64,000 bases of DNA from Camelus dromedarius (Eukaryota), in contig NC_087437.1 in the NCBI RefSeq assembly GCF_036321535.1, positions 67,458,001-67,522,000 on the forward strand. Direction: 5' to 3'. Shown in pieces: positions 1 through 12,525 of this stretch; the first letter of the stretch is position 1, and each line of letters starts with the position of its first letter. Under the pieces are notes generated by a model. That model was not told where the DNA came from and ran no database searches. It saw only the letters and a program-made list of their open reading frames with translations. The translations under genes and the position numbers were made by a program.

Positions 1-1289
1 CACTCAAATGAATAGCAAAGAGAACTTCTCAATCTTGTACATTTTGAAGAGGTTCGATGTGGGGAGAAGGCTGAGGAGGGGTGCCTTTCCATACCTTTGC
101 CATATTGAGGGAGAAGGGATGTGGGCACTTGCACCCCGAGGGAAAGGAGGGGAAAGAAGAGAATCTGAAACAATGAATCTAATTAAGAGACTAAGGATAA
201 GAAAAGAGAGAAAAAAGAAAAGTGGTTTAGTGCCAGTCGTCTCAGTGTAAGGCCCTAGAGTTCACCTATAGGTGCTGCACTTAACTTTGGCTTTAAGAAC
301 TGAGAGAAAGTCACAAATAGGCAAGAGGATGGGAGCCGGGCCTGGAGGGTGGGGCAGCACTGGAGCAGTCCAGACCTGAAGGCTCCAGTGACCACACCGG
401 ACACTTGGATGGGAGAGCCTGTCTCTAGAGGAGAAGCAGTGAACGGAGAGGAGAGAGGCTCACATCTAACCATGGAGCTTTATCAGGGCAGAAAAGGACT
501 GCAGCCAGTCTCAGCTGCTGTCGCAATGCCCAATTCCAGAACCAGAAATAAAAAAGACCAAACCCAGTCAGAGCTTCACAGCATCCTCTGTTATACATGA
601 CATATGCTGTAAGAATTGGAGAGGTCAACGAATTAAAATGAACCATGGAAACTGGGAGGGGAGTTAATTGCAGACAGGTCTCTCTAAGTGAAATTGGAAA
701 GGGCTTTTAAAGCAAATAGAGAAAAGGACTCTTGTAAAAAGGGAAATCCAGAGAGGCAGTGGCTATAGAAGAAGGAATGACCAGGTTGCATGTTAGGGAC
801 AGCACTGCTCCGAGTAGAAGCCATGCTACGTAAGATTATCAAGGAAAGGCGTTCTAGCCCTCCTTTCTTGGAAGCTCTAGGAGGGTTGAAAACTCAGCAC
901 CAAAGTTCAGAATATAGTCCTGAAGCAGGAACTGAGTCCTGGTTTTTGGAGGAAAACCAGAAATAAAGGATATCGGAGAAAGGGCATGGGGAGGATTTGA
1001 GGAAGTGACTAGGCTTAAAAGTTCTTTTGTAGGACGGATTTACATGTAGGGATTCCTGTATATCCCATGGCTTTTTTTGTGTGATAACAGGGAAGATTCT
1101 GTGCTTAAAGAAAAGGTGAAGTGTCAAGATATTATAAAATTCAACTTAATACATCAGACCTTTAAAATTCTATCACTAAAAAAAAAATATTTTATAAAAT
1201 AAAAATGACAAACGTAAGGCAAATATATTCTTCTGATGTCAGTGAAGACATTCCTCTCTAACTCCCAGGATTGGCTAGTGATTAGAAGT

Positions 1290-1500
1290 GTAAATTCTAA
1301 AGTTAAAAAGCCTGGGTCCAAATTCAGATTCACCCTCTAATTAACTGATAATTAGCAAGTTACTTGAAACCTACATACCTCCTCTGTAACATGAGGATAA
1401 TAGCTACGTACATCCCTGTGTTAATGTGATGATTACATGAAATAATTCATTTAAAATAGTCTACTAGCATCATTTTGGCCCATAGTAAGAGCTCTAAAAG
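1290..1500 (+). mobile_element. MIR SINE fragment
   Basis: MIR core-like text 'cctgggtccaaattcagattc...agcaagttacttgaaacct...ctctgtaacatgaggataatag...catagtaagagctc'. Confidence 0.6.
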
Positions 1501-4096
1501 TAAAGATAAAAGGGACTTTTATCATTATTATTCTGATCTGGTCCTGGCTTAACATAGAGCTCTCATCAATTACTTCCTTGGACTCCATATTTAGAAATTT
1601 TGTGGAACTGTCTGATGGAACATTCTACGAAATTTGTCGTAGAATAATATATGTAAATTTGTGTCCAAACTCTCAACTTCTCAAATTTTTTTTCCCAAAA
1701 TAGGTTTCTAAATTAAAATATATACTTGAACACATGTACATTTTGTAATTCAAAGATCAACCACAGGGGAATGTGTAACAGTCCCATATTTGAGCCTATC
1801 TACTAAAAATCAAATATTAATGAAGACCAGAATCTCCACCCCCAACGTTTTAAGCCATGTTCCCTGTTTTAAAAATTGTATACGTGAAATAATCTTACAC
1901 ATTTCTCAGAATAACCTTGAAAACATCGAATCTTGAACTGAATTTTTTTTTTAAATAACTGAACTCAACGTTAGCTGTTGGCAGTTTTTCCCACTCTGCT
2001 TTACGGATCAACACTCTGGCCGATCGATTGATCCTTTACCTTCTCTTATTTTTCATCCTTCTGCCATTATTTAAATCTGGCTAGAGTTCCTCTGCAGTCC
2101 TAAATCCTTACTCTCAGCAGCAAATTGCCCTTTCAGTACTTGGTCAATTGTATTATTTGTGACTGCTTTGGGAATTTTAGGGATAAAGTTTTTAATCCTA
2201 GTAGCATCACATGTTTGTTCTTTCAGAGAGATTTATTTTTTGCGAAAGTCTGTGGGTTTCCTGCTGATGTCAGGTTGAACATTCATACATATTCAGCATT
2301 TTCCCTGTGTTCCATTTAATAGCGAGAGTCCCCCTTCGTGTTGGTACTCTCCATTGTGATGGCTGCTGTGATCAGGGTCACTGACATCAGCACATTGTCC
2401 ATTGTGTTTCATAGTCATTGCTCATTCATTCAGAACCAAGCTTGTGCTTAATACAGAGCGGGAGACCCGAACACAGGCAATGGTCCCTGCATTAAAATGC
2501 TCTATTAAATTTAGGTAATAGCTTAAGATAGTGCAAGTATTGGGGCTGAGTAGTGAAGGCCCACATATGAGGGAAAACTTTTCTCAGGCTTGTCATTAGC
2601 ATGACTGACACAAGAAGGCTAGTAGTGTCAGCCTGTGTAGACTGGATAACTGAGGCAGGATCAAGTGGTTATACTTCCCCCCTTTCTGGTTGAGAACTTG
2701 AAACGTGAACCTAGTCTTAGTTTTGTGCATATTTCTGAGAATATGTTTGAAGGTCTGATAAGCTGAAATTGAACAACAAATGTATATGTTTCATGGTTGA
2801 GTTTGCTTCTCAGAATTACAAAATATTATAAAATTGGTAATTTCACTTTGTTTTCCAGGCATAATTTTCATGGAAATATCTTGAGTGTTGTATACATTGA
2901 AAATAAAGGAAAACTTACCATCTTCTTTCATTGGCTTCACTCCCAGCTGATCAACTTAGTCTAGTGAGCATCTAGTTGAAACTCAGATTCACTTATTTCA
3001 GCATATCTCATGATTTCTACATTTGTCTCAATGTTGTTAATGTTATGAGAGTAAAGAGTCTTGTTATCGATAGATACATTTTTATATTTTCCACCCATTT
3101 TTGTAAATTATATGTCAAATTTTAAAATCCCCTTTCAAGTAACGTCTTATCTATCTTACGTCTGATGCGTAAGATAGATACACAGCGGAGCTGCTATGAC
3201 AGGTAGATGATGGAGGCAGGTCTGGAGCTCTGAAGCTAGGGTACCTTCTCCATCCTTCACCTCGTGATCCTCTCTGGTGGCTCCCAAAGAATTCCTTGGC
3301 CTATGTGAAACGAAGTGCAATTACTAGAATATATCACTGCAGTAGTTTCCAGACTTTGTTGTGTAGATACAGATGTGACATTGCCAAAACAGGACTGTTG
3401 GTGGAAATCATTTCCATGCTGATACCTTAAAATGCTCATTCCTTATTTAATTAAGGGAAATCCAAATTAACATATAAAAGTGGATTAAAGGTATAACATA
3501 AATAAAAAGAAGTATCTCTCGCCAACATAATTTCATTTTTCCCCATTAAAAAGTGGCATTAAAATAGAAGTGTAAATGTCAGTAAGCACTGATCACCTCC
3601 ATTTGCATATTACTTTTGGATAAAACAGGAAATGTTATGAGAGTAACAGAAATGCCATGCTTAGGCACAGCTGGTTGTCTTTTCTCCAATTTTAGTTGCT
3701 CTTTATTTCTGGTTTTGCTCTTTCCTTGAGTGTATTTTTTAAACTCACGTGGGAACTTCTGTGGTTCTCTTCATCTTGGTTCTTCTTGGACTTTATGCTA
3801 AAATAAGAAGTGTAAAAACTTGCTGCTTCTATCCGTTGCAACAAAATAGTCTCAGATGACTACCAAAATATCTCTTAGGGTTCATCATGGAGAGGGAAGG
3901 TATTAATGAACATGTTATCCTCTCATTCCTCTCAACTGCTTGGCAGCTTCCTGTGTGGCTCTGCTTCTTTTTCAGCCCAATTAGAAACCGAAACACCTGG
4001 AGAAAAACAATGTAAGAATGGTGAAGAATTTCTTCATTGACATGTTTTTACCCCTCAATAGATATTTCTCTTTTGAATTTTGTCTTTGTCTTACAT

Positions 4097-4835
4097 TTTT
4101 AAAAATGAGATGAAATTCACGGAACATAAAGTGAACTATCTTCAAGTGAACAATTCTTTGACATTTAGTACATTCACCATGTTGTACAACCACTACCTCT
4201 ATCTAGTTCTAAAGTATTCTCATCACTCAAAAAAGAAATCCTGTATCCATTAAGCAGTTGCTCCCCAAACCCCACTCCCTTCAGCCTCTGGGAATCTCCA
4301 ATCTGCTTTGTTTCTGTGGATTTTCCTTTTTTGGATATTTCATATAAATGAAATGATACATTATGGAGTCTTTGGTGACTGGCTTCTTTCACTTAGCATA
4401 ATGTTTCTGAAGTTCATCCATGTTGTAGCATTTATCAGTACTTCATTCTTTTTGATGGCTGAATAGTATCCCATTGCATATAACATCATGGTTTGTTTAT
4501 CCGTTTATCCGTTGATGGGCATTGGCGGTATTTCTACCTTTTGGTTTGTGTGAATAGCGCTGCTATACATGGGGTATACGTGTATTTGCTTGAGTATCAG
4601 CTTTCTATTCTTTTGAGTATATACCTAGGAGTAGAATTCCTGAGTCATACGGTAATTCTTTGTTCAACTTTTTGAGGAACTGCCAAGCTGTTTTCCATAG
4701 TGGCTGAACCATTTTACATTCCTACCAGCAATATCTGAGGGTTCCAATTTCTCCACATCCTCCCCAACACTTATTATTATTTTCATTCTTTATTTTAAAA
4801 TTATAGCCATCATAGTGAGTGTGAAGTGATATTCA
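4097..4835 (-). mobile_element. Old L1 (L1MB-like) 3' end
   Basis: Antisense L1 3'UTR/ORF2-end text: 'ctggcttctttcacttagcataatgtttctgaagttcatccatgttgtagca', 'tttgaggaactgccaagctgttttccatagtggctgaaccattttacattcctaccagca'. Confidence 0.85.
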
Positions 4836-5101
4836 TCTTTTTATTATCAGCTCATTTTCTTTTGTCTTTCCCCAAAATGTGCTATATTACTTTTAAACAC
4901 AATTTTGGAAAAAAAAAACCCACAATTTTGTTTCCTCCAATATGTTAATAAATGTTGCACTCTTGCCTGTGAGTGGCCAGCCCACAGAACAGAGCTGGTT
5001 AGGATAGGGTCAGACATAGGTGTCCAGCTAACCATGAGTAGTTCGAATGATCCTACCAGTCTAGGCAGGCAGGGAATCAGAGCAAATAATATAGTACAGA
5101 A

Positions 5102-5688
5102 CGTGGTAGGTAGAATTCTGAGATGGCCTCTAAGTTCCCTCTCACTGTTGTGTGTGCCGGGTGTAGGCCCCTCCCCTGGAACATGGATCTCTGATTGTGG
5201 TAGAATAGTCACCCCTGTGAGTACATTACCTTATGTAAGGCTATATTGAGACTTTCTATATGGTCTCCCTACTAGTCATAGAGATAGAAATATATTCCTA
5301 CTGGAGATCCTCTTGCTGTCTTTAAGGATGTAAGCTGCCATGCTTAGAGAGGGTCACATGGCTAGGATCTGAAGGTGGCCTCTGGGAGCTGAGGGCAACC
5401 CCTGTCAGACAGCCAGCAAGAAAATGGGAACCACTGTCCTATACCCCAAAGAATTGAATTCTGCGAACAACCTGGAAAAGCGTGGAAGAGAACAGAGAAC
5501 CCAGAGCTTCAGATGAGAGCCCAGCCTGATGGACACTTTGATTTAAACCTTGTGAGACCTTGAGCAGAGAACGCCTTTGAGCCTACCTGAACTTCTTACC
5601 TATAGAACTAGTACAGGTGATAAACGGATATTATTTTAAGATGTTAAGTTTGTGGTAATTTGTTACACAGCAATAGAAAATTAATACA
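5102..5688 (+). mobile_element. MaLR solo LTR (MLT1E/F-like)
   Basis: Starts 'gtggtaggtagaattctgagatggcc' and ends with the MLT1 terminus 'tttgtggtaatttgttacacagcaatagaaaattaataca'. Confidence 0.8.
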
Positions 5689-6535
5689 AGGAGCTATTCA
5701 AAATATAATAATTACTTAATGATTAGGATAGCATGGGCCCTGGCTGATCAGAACAGATGCTGGCCATAAGCAATGGTGATATCCCACTGGGACTAGCTGG
5801 CTGCTATCCCTGGACCTGGTGTACAGACTTTAGTGACCAGAGTGGAGAGCTTTGGCCAGGCTATCATTTCACAAACTGTGTTCACTTTGCTTCTGAATAA
5901 GTCGGGCCTGGTTGTGGCCCTGTTTGCATAAGGATGGTCTGTCTCTTTTCTTGCAGAGTGAGGCAGGGCCTCCAGGTGCTTGGTACATATGCATTCCAAA
6001 AATCATGAAGCCCCTCAGGGCTGGTGATTGGAATGCAGGCAGCTCTATCTTTGGCTATAGGAGCCCAGAAAAGCATGGGGACAGCTTTTTTTTCGCCAAA
6101 TTTTGCAACCTGTACAAATTTGCAAGCAGCAAATTTATTACACTTCTACCCTGTATTTTTAAACCATGTCCTGGTTTTAGGGTCATGCAACTAAAATATA
6201 GCAAAACTGCCAAAAATGACAGAATATGGGAAAGAATTACAAAAAAGTGTTTTGTAGATGTGGCTTACTTTACCACTTACTCTTTGAGTTATGCTGTCTT
6301 CCATACTGGGTTCTCTATCTGTCTTTTCCATCCACTTCTTTCATTTCTGTTACTGTGATGTTTTGGATAGTTTCCAGGCAGAAATATTTTCATCTTGCAC
6401 ATGCTTGACATGGGAAGCTCTGTCTGTAATTTACATTTGCTCTAACATAGTGTCTATCAATTCTAATGGATCGTCTGTGATGATAAAAAATTTTCTTTAG
6501 GCATCAAGATTTGAAAAAAGCAAGTTGTCTATTAG

Positions 6536-6600
6536 AAAGGGAAAGAAAAAAGAAAAGAAAGAAGGAAAGAAAGAAAGAAGAAAAGAATGAAGGAAAGAAA
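6536..6600. repeat. Purine-rich (GAAA)n-type low-complexity tract
   Basis: Directly visible run of gaaa/gaaaa units. Confidence 0.85.
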
Positions 6601-7346
6601 TAAATATAAAATATCTATCAGATTCTGAGAGGGGGAAGTGTGATATATTTTATAACAATTCAGAGTGTCATTTGGGTAAGTAAGGAGTAGGTAGCCATCT
6701 CTAACCATGCAAGAATTCAGGGACTGTATTATTTTTAATCAGCACTTGATGAAATAGAGACAACTGAAACTTAAAATTTTTTTAAAGCTGAGAATAGAAA
6801 TGTTGTGGTAAAGGTATTGGTGTTAATCCTGAGGCCATGTTAACAGAACTAAAAGGAAACTGTTAATATTTCAGAACAGAAGGCAAATGATATGTAACTT
6901 GATGTTATTAAAATACCATAATAAAAATCTGGAGATGGGGCAGTGGAGGTGGGTGGGAATGCTAATTTTCTCATTTTTCAGAACAAGCAATCAATCAATA
7001 TTGACTAAATTAGACACATTTAGCCCAGAAGAACCATAATAACTCCAGCTTCTTAGTATTTCTCCCATTATTTCTTTCTGAAATTTGGTTTTATCTTTTT
7101 GGAAAAATATCTCCTATCTTAAATATTAGATATTTATGCAAATTCCCCAATTTCATCAGTTTTACTTATATCTTTTTCTTTATTTTCATTTTTAATGCAA
7201 ATTAAAAAGTAGCATGTTTCAGTGTGATACAGTTTTTATGGAATTATTTCTGCCTCTATTTATCTAACTATCCATCTCACCCATCTTTCCACCTGCTCTT
7301 CTATTGTATCTGGAATGATGTTTACCTAATATTAAAAATAATTATT

Positions 7347-7490
7347 GGAGGATGGTATAGCTCAGTGGTAGAGTGCATGCCTAGCATGCACAAGGTCCTG
7401 GGTTCAATCCCCCGTACCTCCATTATAAATCAATCAATCAATCAAATTATCTCCCCAACAAAAATAAATAACTAAATAAAAAAATTTTTT
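7347..7490 (+). mobile_element. tRNA-derived SINE, camelid Vic-1-like
   Basis: 'ggaggatggtatagctcagtggtagagtgcatgcctagcatgcacaaggtcctgggttcaatcccccgtacctcca' has an A box (7358-7368) and B box (7401-7410), followed by an (AATC)n/A-rich tail. Confidence 0.85.
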
Positions 7491-8127
7491 AAATGGTTAT
7501 TACTAGATGATATGATATGGGTATTCTTAAATTTTCTTATCTATCTTTGTTTAGCTTCTTTAAAAATGTAAGTATCATTTTAAGAAAAAAACATTAATCT
7601 GAAAAAAGAGGAAGAAAAAACTTTGAAAGTGATATCTCAGTTGTGATACAGCTGTTTTCTCAGGTAAAGGAGACATCTTTGTACAACATTCAAAGACAGT
7701 TCTCACTTTTTAATACCAACTGTTATTCTTTAAGGGGTAGGACAGTTGGTAGAAGTCCTTGAATTTGGACAAAAGCAAGAGACTCAGTTTGGTTTTGAAA
7801 GGCAAATCTATAATACAAATGTTGTCTCTGCTCTTAAAATGTGCCCCTTCCAGTTTCTGAAGTGATACTCACAAGACAGTTCAGTGCAGTGGGAATGTGG
7901 AGTTTGGTTTATGGAAAGTTCTGAAAGACTTTAGATTTACCTGCACAACTGATACAAGAAGGCCTGACATGTTTGGGGGCCTCCATATAGATTTGTTACC
8001 TACAAATGAGCTGAATTAATGACTAGGCCAAAGTCTTTCATATTTTAAAATGCAAACACATCACCTCTGCTGCTCTCTCAAATTGATGCTCTGTATTCTT
8101 CCAGCTTCATTCTATTCATGAACATAC

Positions 8128-8632
8128 TTTATGCTAGTTAGTGTTGCTGAGTAACAAATTACTCCACAATGTGGGTGCTTAAAACAAAACACATATATTA
8201 GCTCATAGGTTTTCTAAAGGTCAGGAATCTGGGAATGACTTGGCTGCGGGGCTCTAGCTCAGATCTCTCTCGAATGTTGCAGCCAGGCTCTCTGCCAGTC
8301 CAGGAAGGGACTCACATGGCTGCTGCTTGAGACCTTTGGTTCTGCCTCACATTGGTGTCTCTTTAGGGTGGCTTCTGAACTGGCTTACTCAGAGGGAGTA
8401 ATGAGAGAGAGGGAGAGAGAGAAGAGAAAGAGTGTGCAGGCAAGTGAGAAGGCACCTCCAAGATGGGAGCTGAAGTCTTGTAATAACTCAGTCTCAGAAT
8501 CCATCTCCTATCACTTCATCCTTCTGTTCGCTAGAAGCCAGTCCCTAAACCTATTCCACATGGAAGGGAAAACATATGAAGATTCACCTTTTGTGGGAGG
8601 AATTGCAAAGAAATGGTCGGTGTGACGACCAC
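8128..8632 (-). mobile_element. MaLR solo LTR (old MLT1 subfamily)
   Basis: Antisense MLT1 end 'gttgctgagtaacaaattactccaca...cttaaaacaa...ggtcaggaatctggg'; closes with 'accaca'. Confidence 0.7.
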
Positions 8633-8994
8633 ATTTGGCTAATCCTTCTCCTTCACTCACTTCCCTCCTTGAAATCTTGGCTCCTTCCCTTCCTCTCTGC
8701 TGAAACTATTCAGGAAGATTCCTGTTAGCCTCCTTCTTAAGGGTTCAGAGGACTTTCCTTGGGAGTGTGATCTCTCATCTCTCCGCAGCACTGACTACTT
8801 TTCAAATATTTGGCCTGTTATCCCCCTGAGAGATTTCCAGCTCCTTGAAAAAGCAGGTACTTTCTTACACAGTTTTGTCTCCTACACAGTATCTGGCACA
8901 GTGAAGAATCTAAATACTCTTCAGCCTGAATAAATTTTACTGTTTACTCTGAGGATATTCTTAGCTTATACTGACTGACTCTGTTCAAACTTCA

Positions 8995-9580
8995 GTCAGA
9001 TTATGTTACTTCTCTGCTCAAAACATGAATGGTTTTCATGTCAGAGTCAAAGTCAAAAAGTCCCTTACAGTGGCCCACACAGCCCAGTATGATCTGTCCC
9101 CGGCTTCACACGTCATATCCTGCTGCCTCACTCACTCTTTGACTCCATTCACATTGGGATCCCGGCCGTTCCTTAAACAATTAAGGCATTCTGCTGCTTC
9201 AGGACCTTTGCATGAGCTATTCCCTCTGCCTGGGACACTGTTCCCTTACACAGCCATGACTCATTCCCTCACCTGCTTGAGATCTTTGCTTAAATGATAC
9301 CTCCTCACTTAAGTGATACCTGCTCAGTCTGAACACGTTCTGAATGTTCTCAACCATGGTATTTAAGATCAACTTTCCTCTCCCTTTATTCCCTGCCCTC
9401 TTTCTTATTTGACTTTTCTAAATAGTGCTTATCACCAAAGAACATACTATATATTTTCCTTTTTAATTTTGTTTCTATTTATTCCCTCACTGGAGTATAA
9501 TCTGTTTTACTTATCCTTAATGCATAGAAGAGTGTCTAGCATATGGTAAGTCCTCAATAAATATTTGTTGAATTAATTTA
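8995..9580 (+). mobile_element. L2 LINE 3' fragment
   Basis: 'cagattatgttacttctctgctcaaaac', 'ggacctttgcatgagctattccctctgcctgg' and the terminal 'ctcaataaatatttgttgaat'. Confidence 0.8.
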
Positions 9581-11089
9581 ATTAGTATTATAGACATAAT
9601 TAGAGCTGCTTTTCACTTGGTGAGGGTAGCAGCACCACATCGCCAAGCTCCTCCCCACCTGTTCCCTCTGGGGCGTTTGTGAGGCAAGATGGGAAGGCAC
9701 AGGTGAGAAAGGGGATGGCTCCCGCTCCTGGGAAGGAGTTATACCTCTCAATACACATATTTGATAAACAACAGGAGAGAATCAGATAAAGATTACGAAC
9801 AAAAGTAAGAGGAGCAGAGAATCGGTACAAAGAAACACATCCGGGAGCTTCTGAGAAAAAGTGTATAGAATAAGGAGGGCGCGTGGAGTGATTCCTATTT
9901 CTATTCTTGCAGCACCTTCTCCTTGCTCATTGACAGAGGCCGAGCCTTCCAGATCACCCCAATTAAACTAGAGTTTCCCTGATCTCCCTTGGAAGTGGCT
10001 CCCCATAAATTACGTTAAACCCCGATTCTCTAGAGCATGATGGAGCTTGAGCCTTGATGAAAATGTATTGCCTTGCTGTGTCCTGCCTGAGATGAGGGAG
10101 AAGTGAACCAGCACTGGCAGGGCTTGATTTCCTCATGAGAGAAGGGGAAGCAGTGGGGAAAAGGCCCTAAATCTCTCCTCATTTGCTGGGTAATTGTGGG
10201 AGTGATAAACCGGCTTTCAGATGTTTTTTCCCGGGGATGACTCGTGGGACTACAAGCTCTGGTTGAGACCAGGGAGAGGAGGAAGGAAAAGGAATATCCG
10301 GGGAGGAAAGAAATACATAAAAACATAGGCACGATTTTTATGTGAAGCAGGCTTTGAAAAATATCTTCTGGAAGCTTTAGAATCTGTTCTCATTCTATTT
10401 TTTTCCTCCATTTGTCACAAAACATCTATATTTTGATATCAAGAGATTCTTTCAAGTGAGACTTTGGGAAAGTAATAAATCATCCAAAGCCTGAATTCTG
10501 AGATATTTATTAAAAGCTGTGTAAAAGTTTCCAAAATTACTATAAAAGTTGACTACACATTCATTTAAGAGTAAAAGCCAAAATATTTTGTTTTATTGAA
10601 AATATCTATTTATTTCCTTATTTCTGGGCTATAATTTTCAGTCAGGTTCCTTGTAGCCCAGTCTGTCCCACTCTTACCTCCTACTAGATCGCACTATCCC
10701 TACTCATCCCTTTCTTGACGCCTGTAGTGCAGGTGAGACCTGGACCGGTCTGCTGGCATTTAATCATATGCAGGTATAGAGGGATATTGTGTTTTCTGGA
10801 GTAAGACAAACCTCTGTGGGCCACAGCTGTGTGGCTCTGAGCAAGTTACCTTTCCTTTCAGTTTTAGTTCATTTACAAAATGTGATAATAGCATTGCCTA
10901 TCCCACAGTGATCTTGCAGGACTGAGGGGACTGGCAGTGGAATGGTGAGGTTTACATGGTAAAATGTGCCTAACATGATAATTTATGGAGTCAGTACTGA
11001 CCCGCACACCTGAGGGAAAGCAACAACAACACAAAAGCTGGGTAAGGTCCTCAGCCCAGAGTAAGAATTTAATAAAATATTCTTATCTT

Positions 11090-11940
11090 GATGAATGGTA
11101 CCATCATTGATCCGATTTTGCCAACCATGAAACTAGTCTTGGATGTTTCCTTTTCCTTCCACCTCATCCTTTTAGCTAAACTCTCCTAGGCTCTGCTGGC
11201 TTTCCCTTCTCAGTGTCTGCAATCTGTCATTTCTTCCCTTTCCACCAGCACAGCCACCCCTCCGGTCCAAGGGGCTGTCGTCTCACTGGCGCGCCACAAC
11301 ACACTTTCCTGGGACTCCAACGCCCACTCGGGCCCTCCTGTCCTGTCTCTACGCTGAAGCAGCTCAGATCTTTTTAATGCTCAGTCTGAACACGTTGTCC
11401 TGATGAAAACTTCTCCGTCACGTCACCTCTAGCCCCTCCCTCGCTGCTGTTAGAATAACAGGCAGATCCCTTCACGTGGCCTGCGAGGCCCCGCAGGAAG
11501 TACAGTCCAGCCCCGTCTGCTCTCCCCTTGACTCTGCGCACCAGCCACACAGCCTTTCTCTTACTCAAACCTGCAGTGCTTCCCCGGCCTCCGGATGTCT
11601 GCGCACTGGTCCACTGCTTAGGACATCCATCCTCTTCACTTCCCTGGTCATTCCCACTCTTGACACAAATGACATTTCCTCTGGAAAGACTCCTCTAACT
11701 TGCCAGACTAAGTCCTGTGCGCCTGTTTATAGGATTGCTCTGCTCTTCCATGACGTATGAGACCATTTGTAATCATACATTTATTTGTGTGGTTATTGAT
11801 TGATGTCTTAGTCTTGACTACTCAGTGAACTCCACCTGGATAACATATCTCTTCATAGTTGCTATTAAAACCACAACTCCTGGAACTGGGTCTGGCCAAT
11901 GGTAAATGCTTAATAAATATTTGCTCAATAAATGAACGTA
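11090..11940 (+). mobile_element. L2 LINE 3' fragment
   Basis: 'gaatggtaccatcatt...' through the terminal 'cttaataaatatttgctcaataaatgaa'. Confidence 0.7.
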
Positions 11941-12289
11941 TTTATGAGCTGGTATCTTCAACATCTATTCTTTTATTATTTTTGTATGTCATATGTGATT
12001 GCATAGATGTATATCAACATAATCATGTTTATTTTTATTTTTAATCTGATAGGATGAATACTGAGTGTCACTCCATTGTAATAGTACAACTGAAAAGACT
12101 TAATTTCTAAGCTTTCTCTGTGTTTCATTCATTTGTAGCTATATAGGGACTACTTGGCAGCTCTTCTTTCTCTTCTGCTCATGAATTCTGCTTGAGATCT
12201 CAACCCTACTGCCTTTTATCTTCCTAAGATAGTTTACTTGTTTCCTCTTTTCTGGTGTAAGCTTCTACCTGATGTGAATGACGGTGAAT

Positions 12290-12525
12290 TGGTGATTAAG
12301 AACTTAGGATCTGCAGTTGAAAGCCTTGGGTTTGGATACTGCTTCTTCCAGTCATTGTCTGTATGGACTGGATCAAGTTATTTTGACTCATCAAGCCTCA
12401 GTTTCCTTTTCTAAAGTGTGGGTAGTAAAATATACCTTCTAGTGTTATTGGGAAAATGTCACTAGATAAGGCATGTAAAATAGCACTTCATCTGCAGCAC
12501 AATAATGTTGCTCAAAAAATGATAG
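12290..12525 (+). mobile_element. MIR SINE
   Basis: 'ggtgattaagaacttagg...gggtttggatact...atcaagttattttgact...aagcctcagtttcct'. Confidence 0.7.

Noticed and set aside
560..1110. Possible ancient LTR
   Set aside because: The composition is suggestive, but I could not identify termini, a TSD or a family.
5912..6358. Longest ORF (148 aa)
   Set aside because: Starts at a non-ATG codon, has no recognisable homology and no convincing splice boundaries.
7347..7421. Functional tRNA gene
   Set aside because: Followed by an A-rich SINE tail with no immediate poly-T terminator; matches a SINE head.
10235..10265. ZNF143-like 'GGACTACA' promoter motif
   Set aside because: Lacks the TCCCA half of the motif and has no surrounding CpG island.
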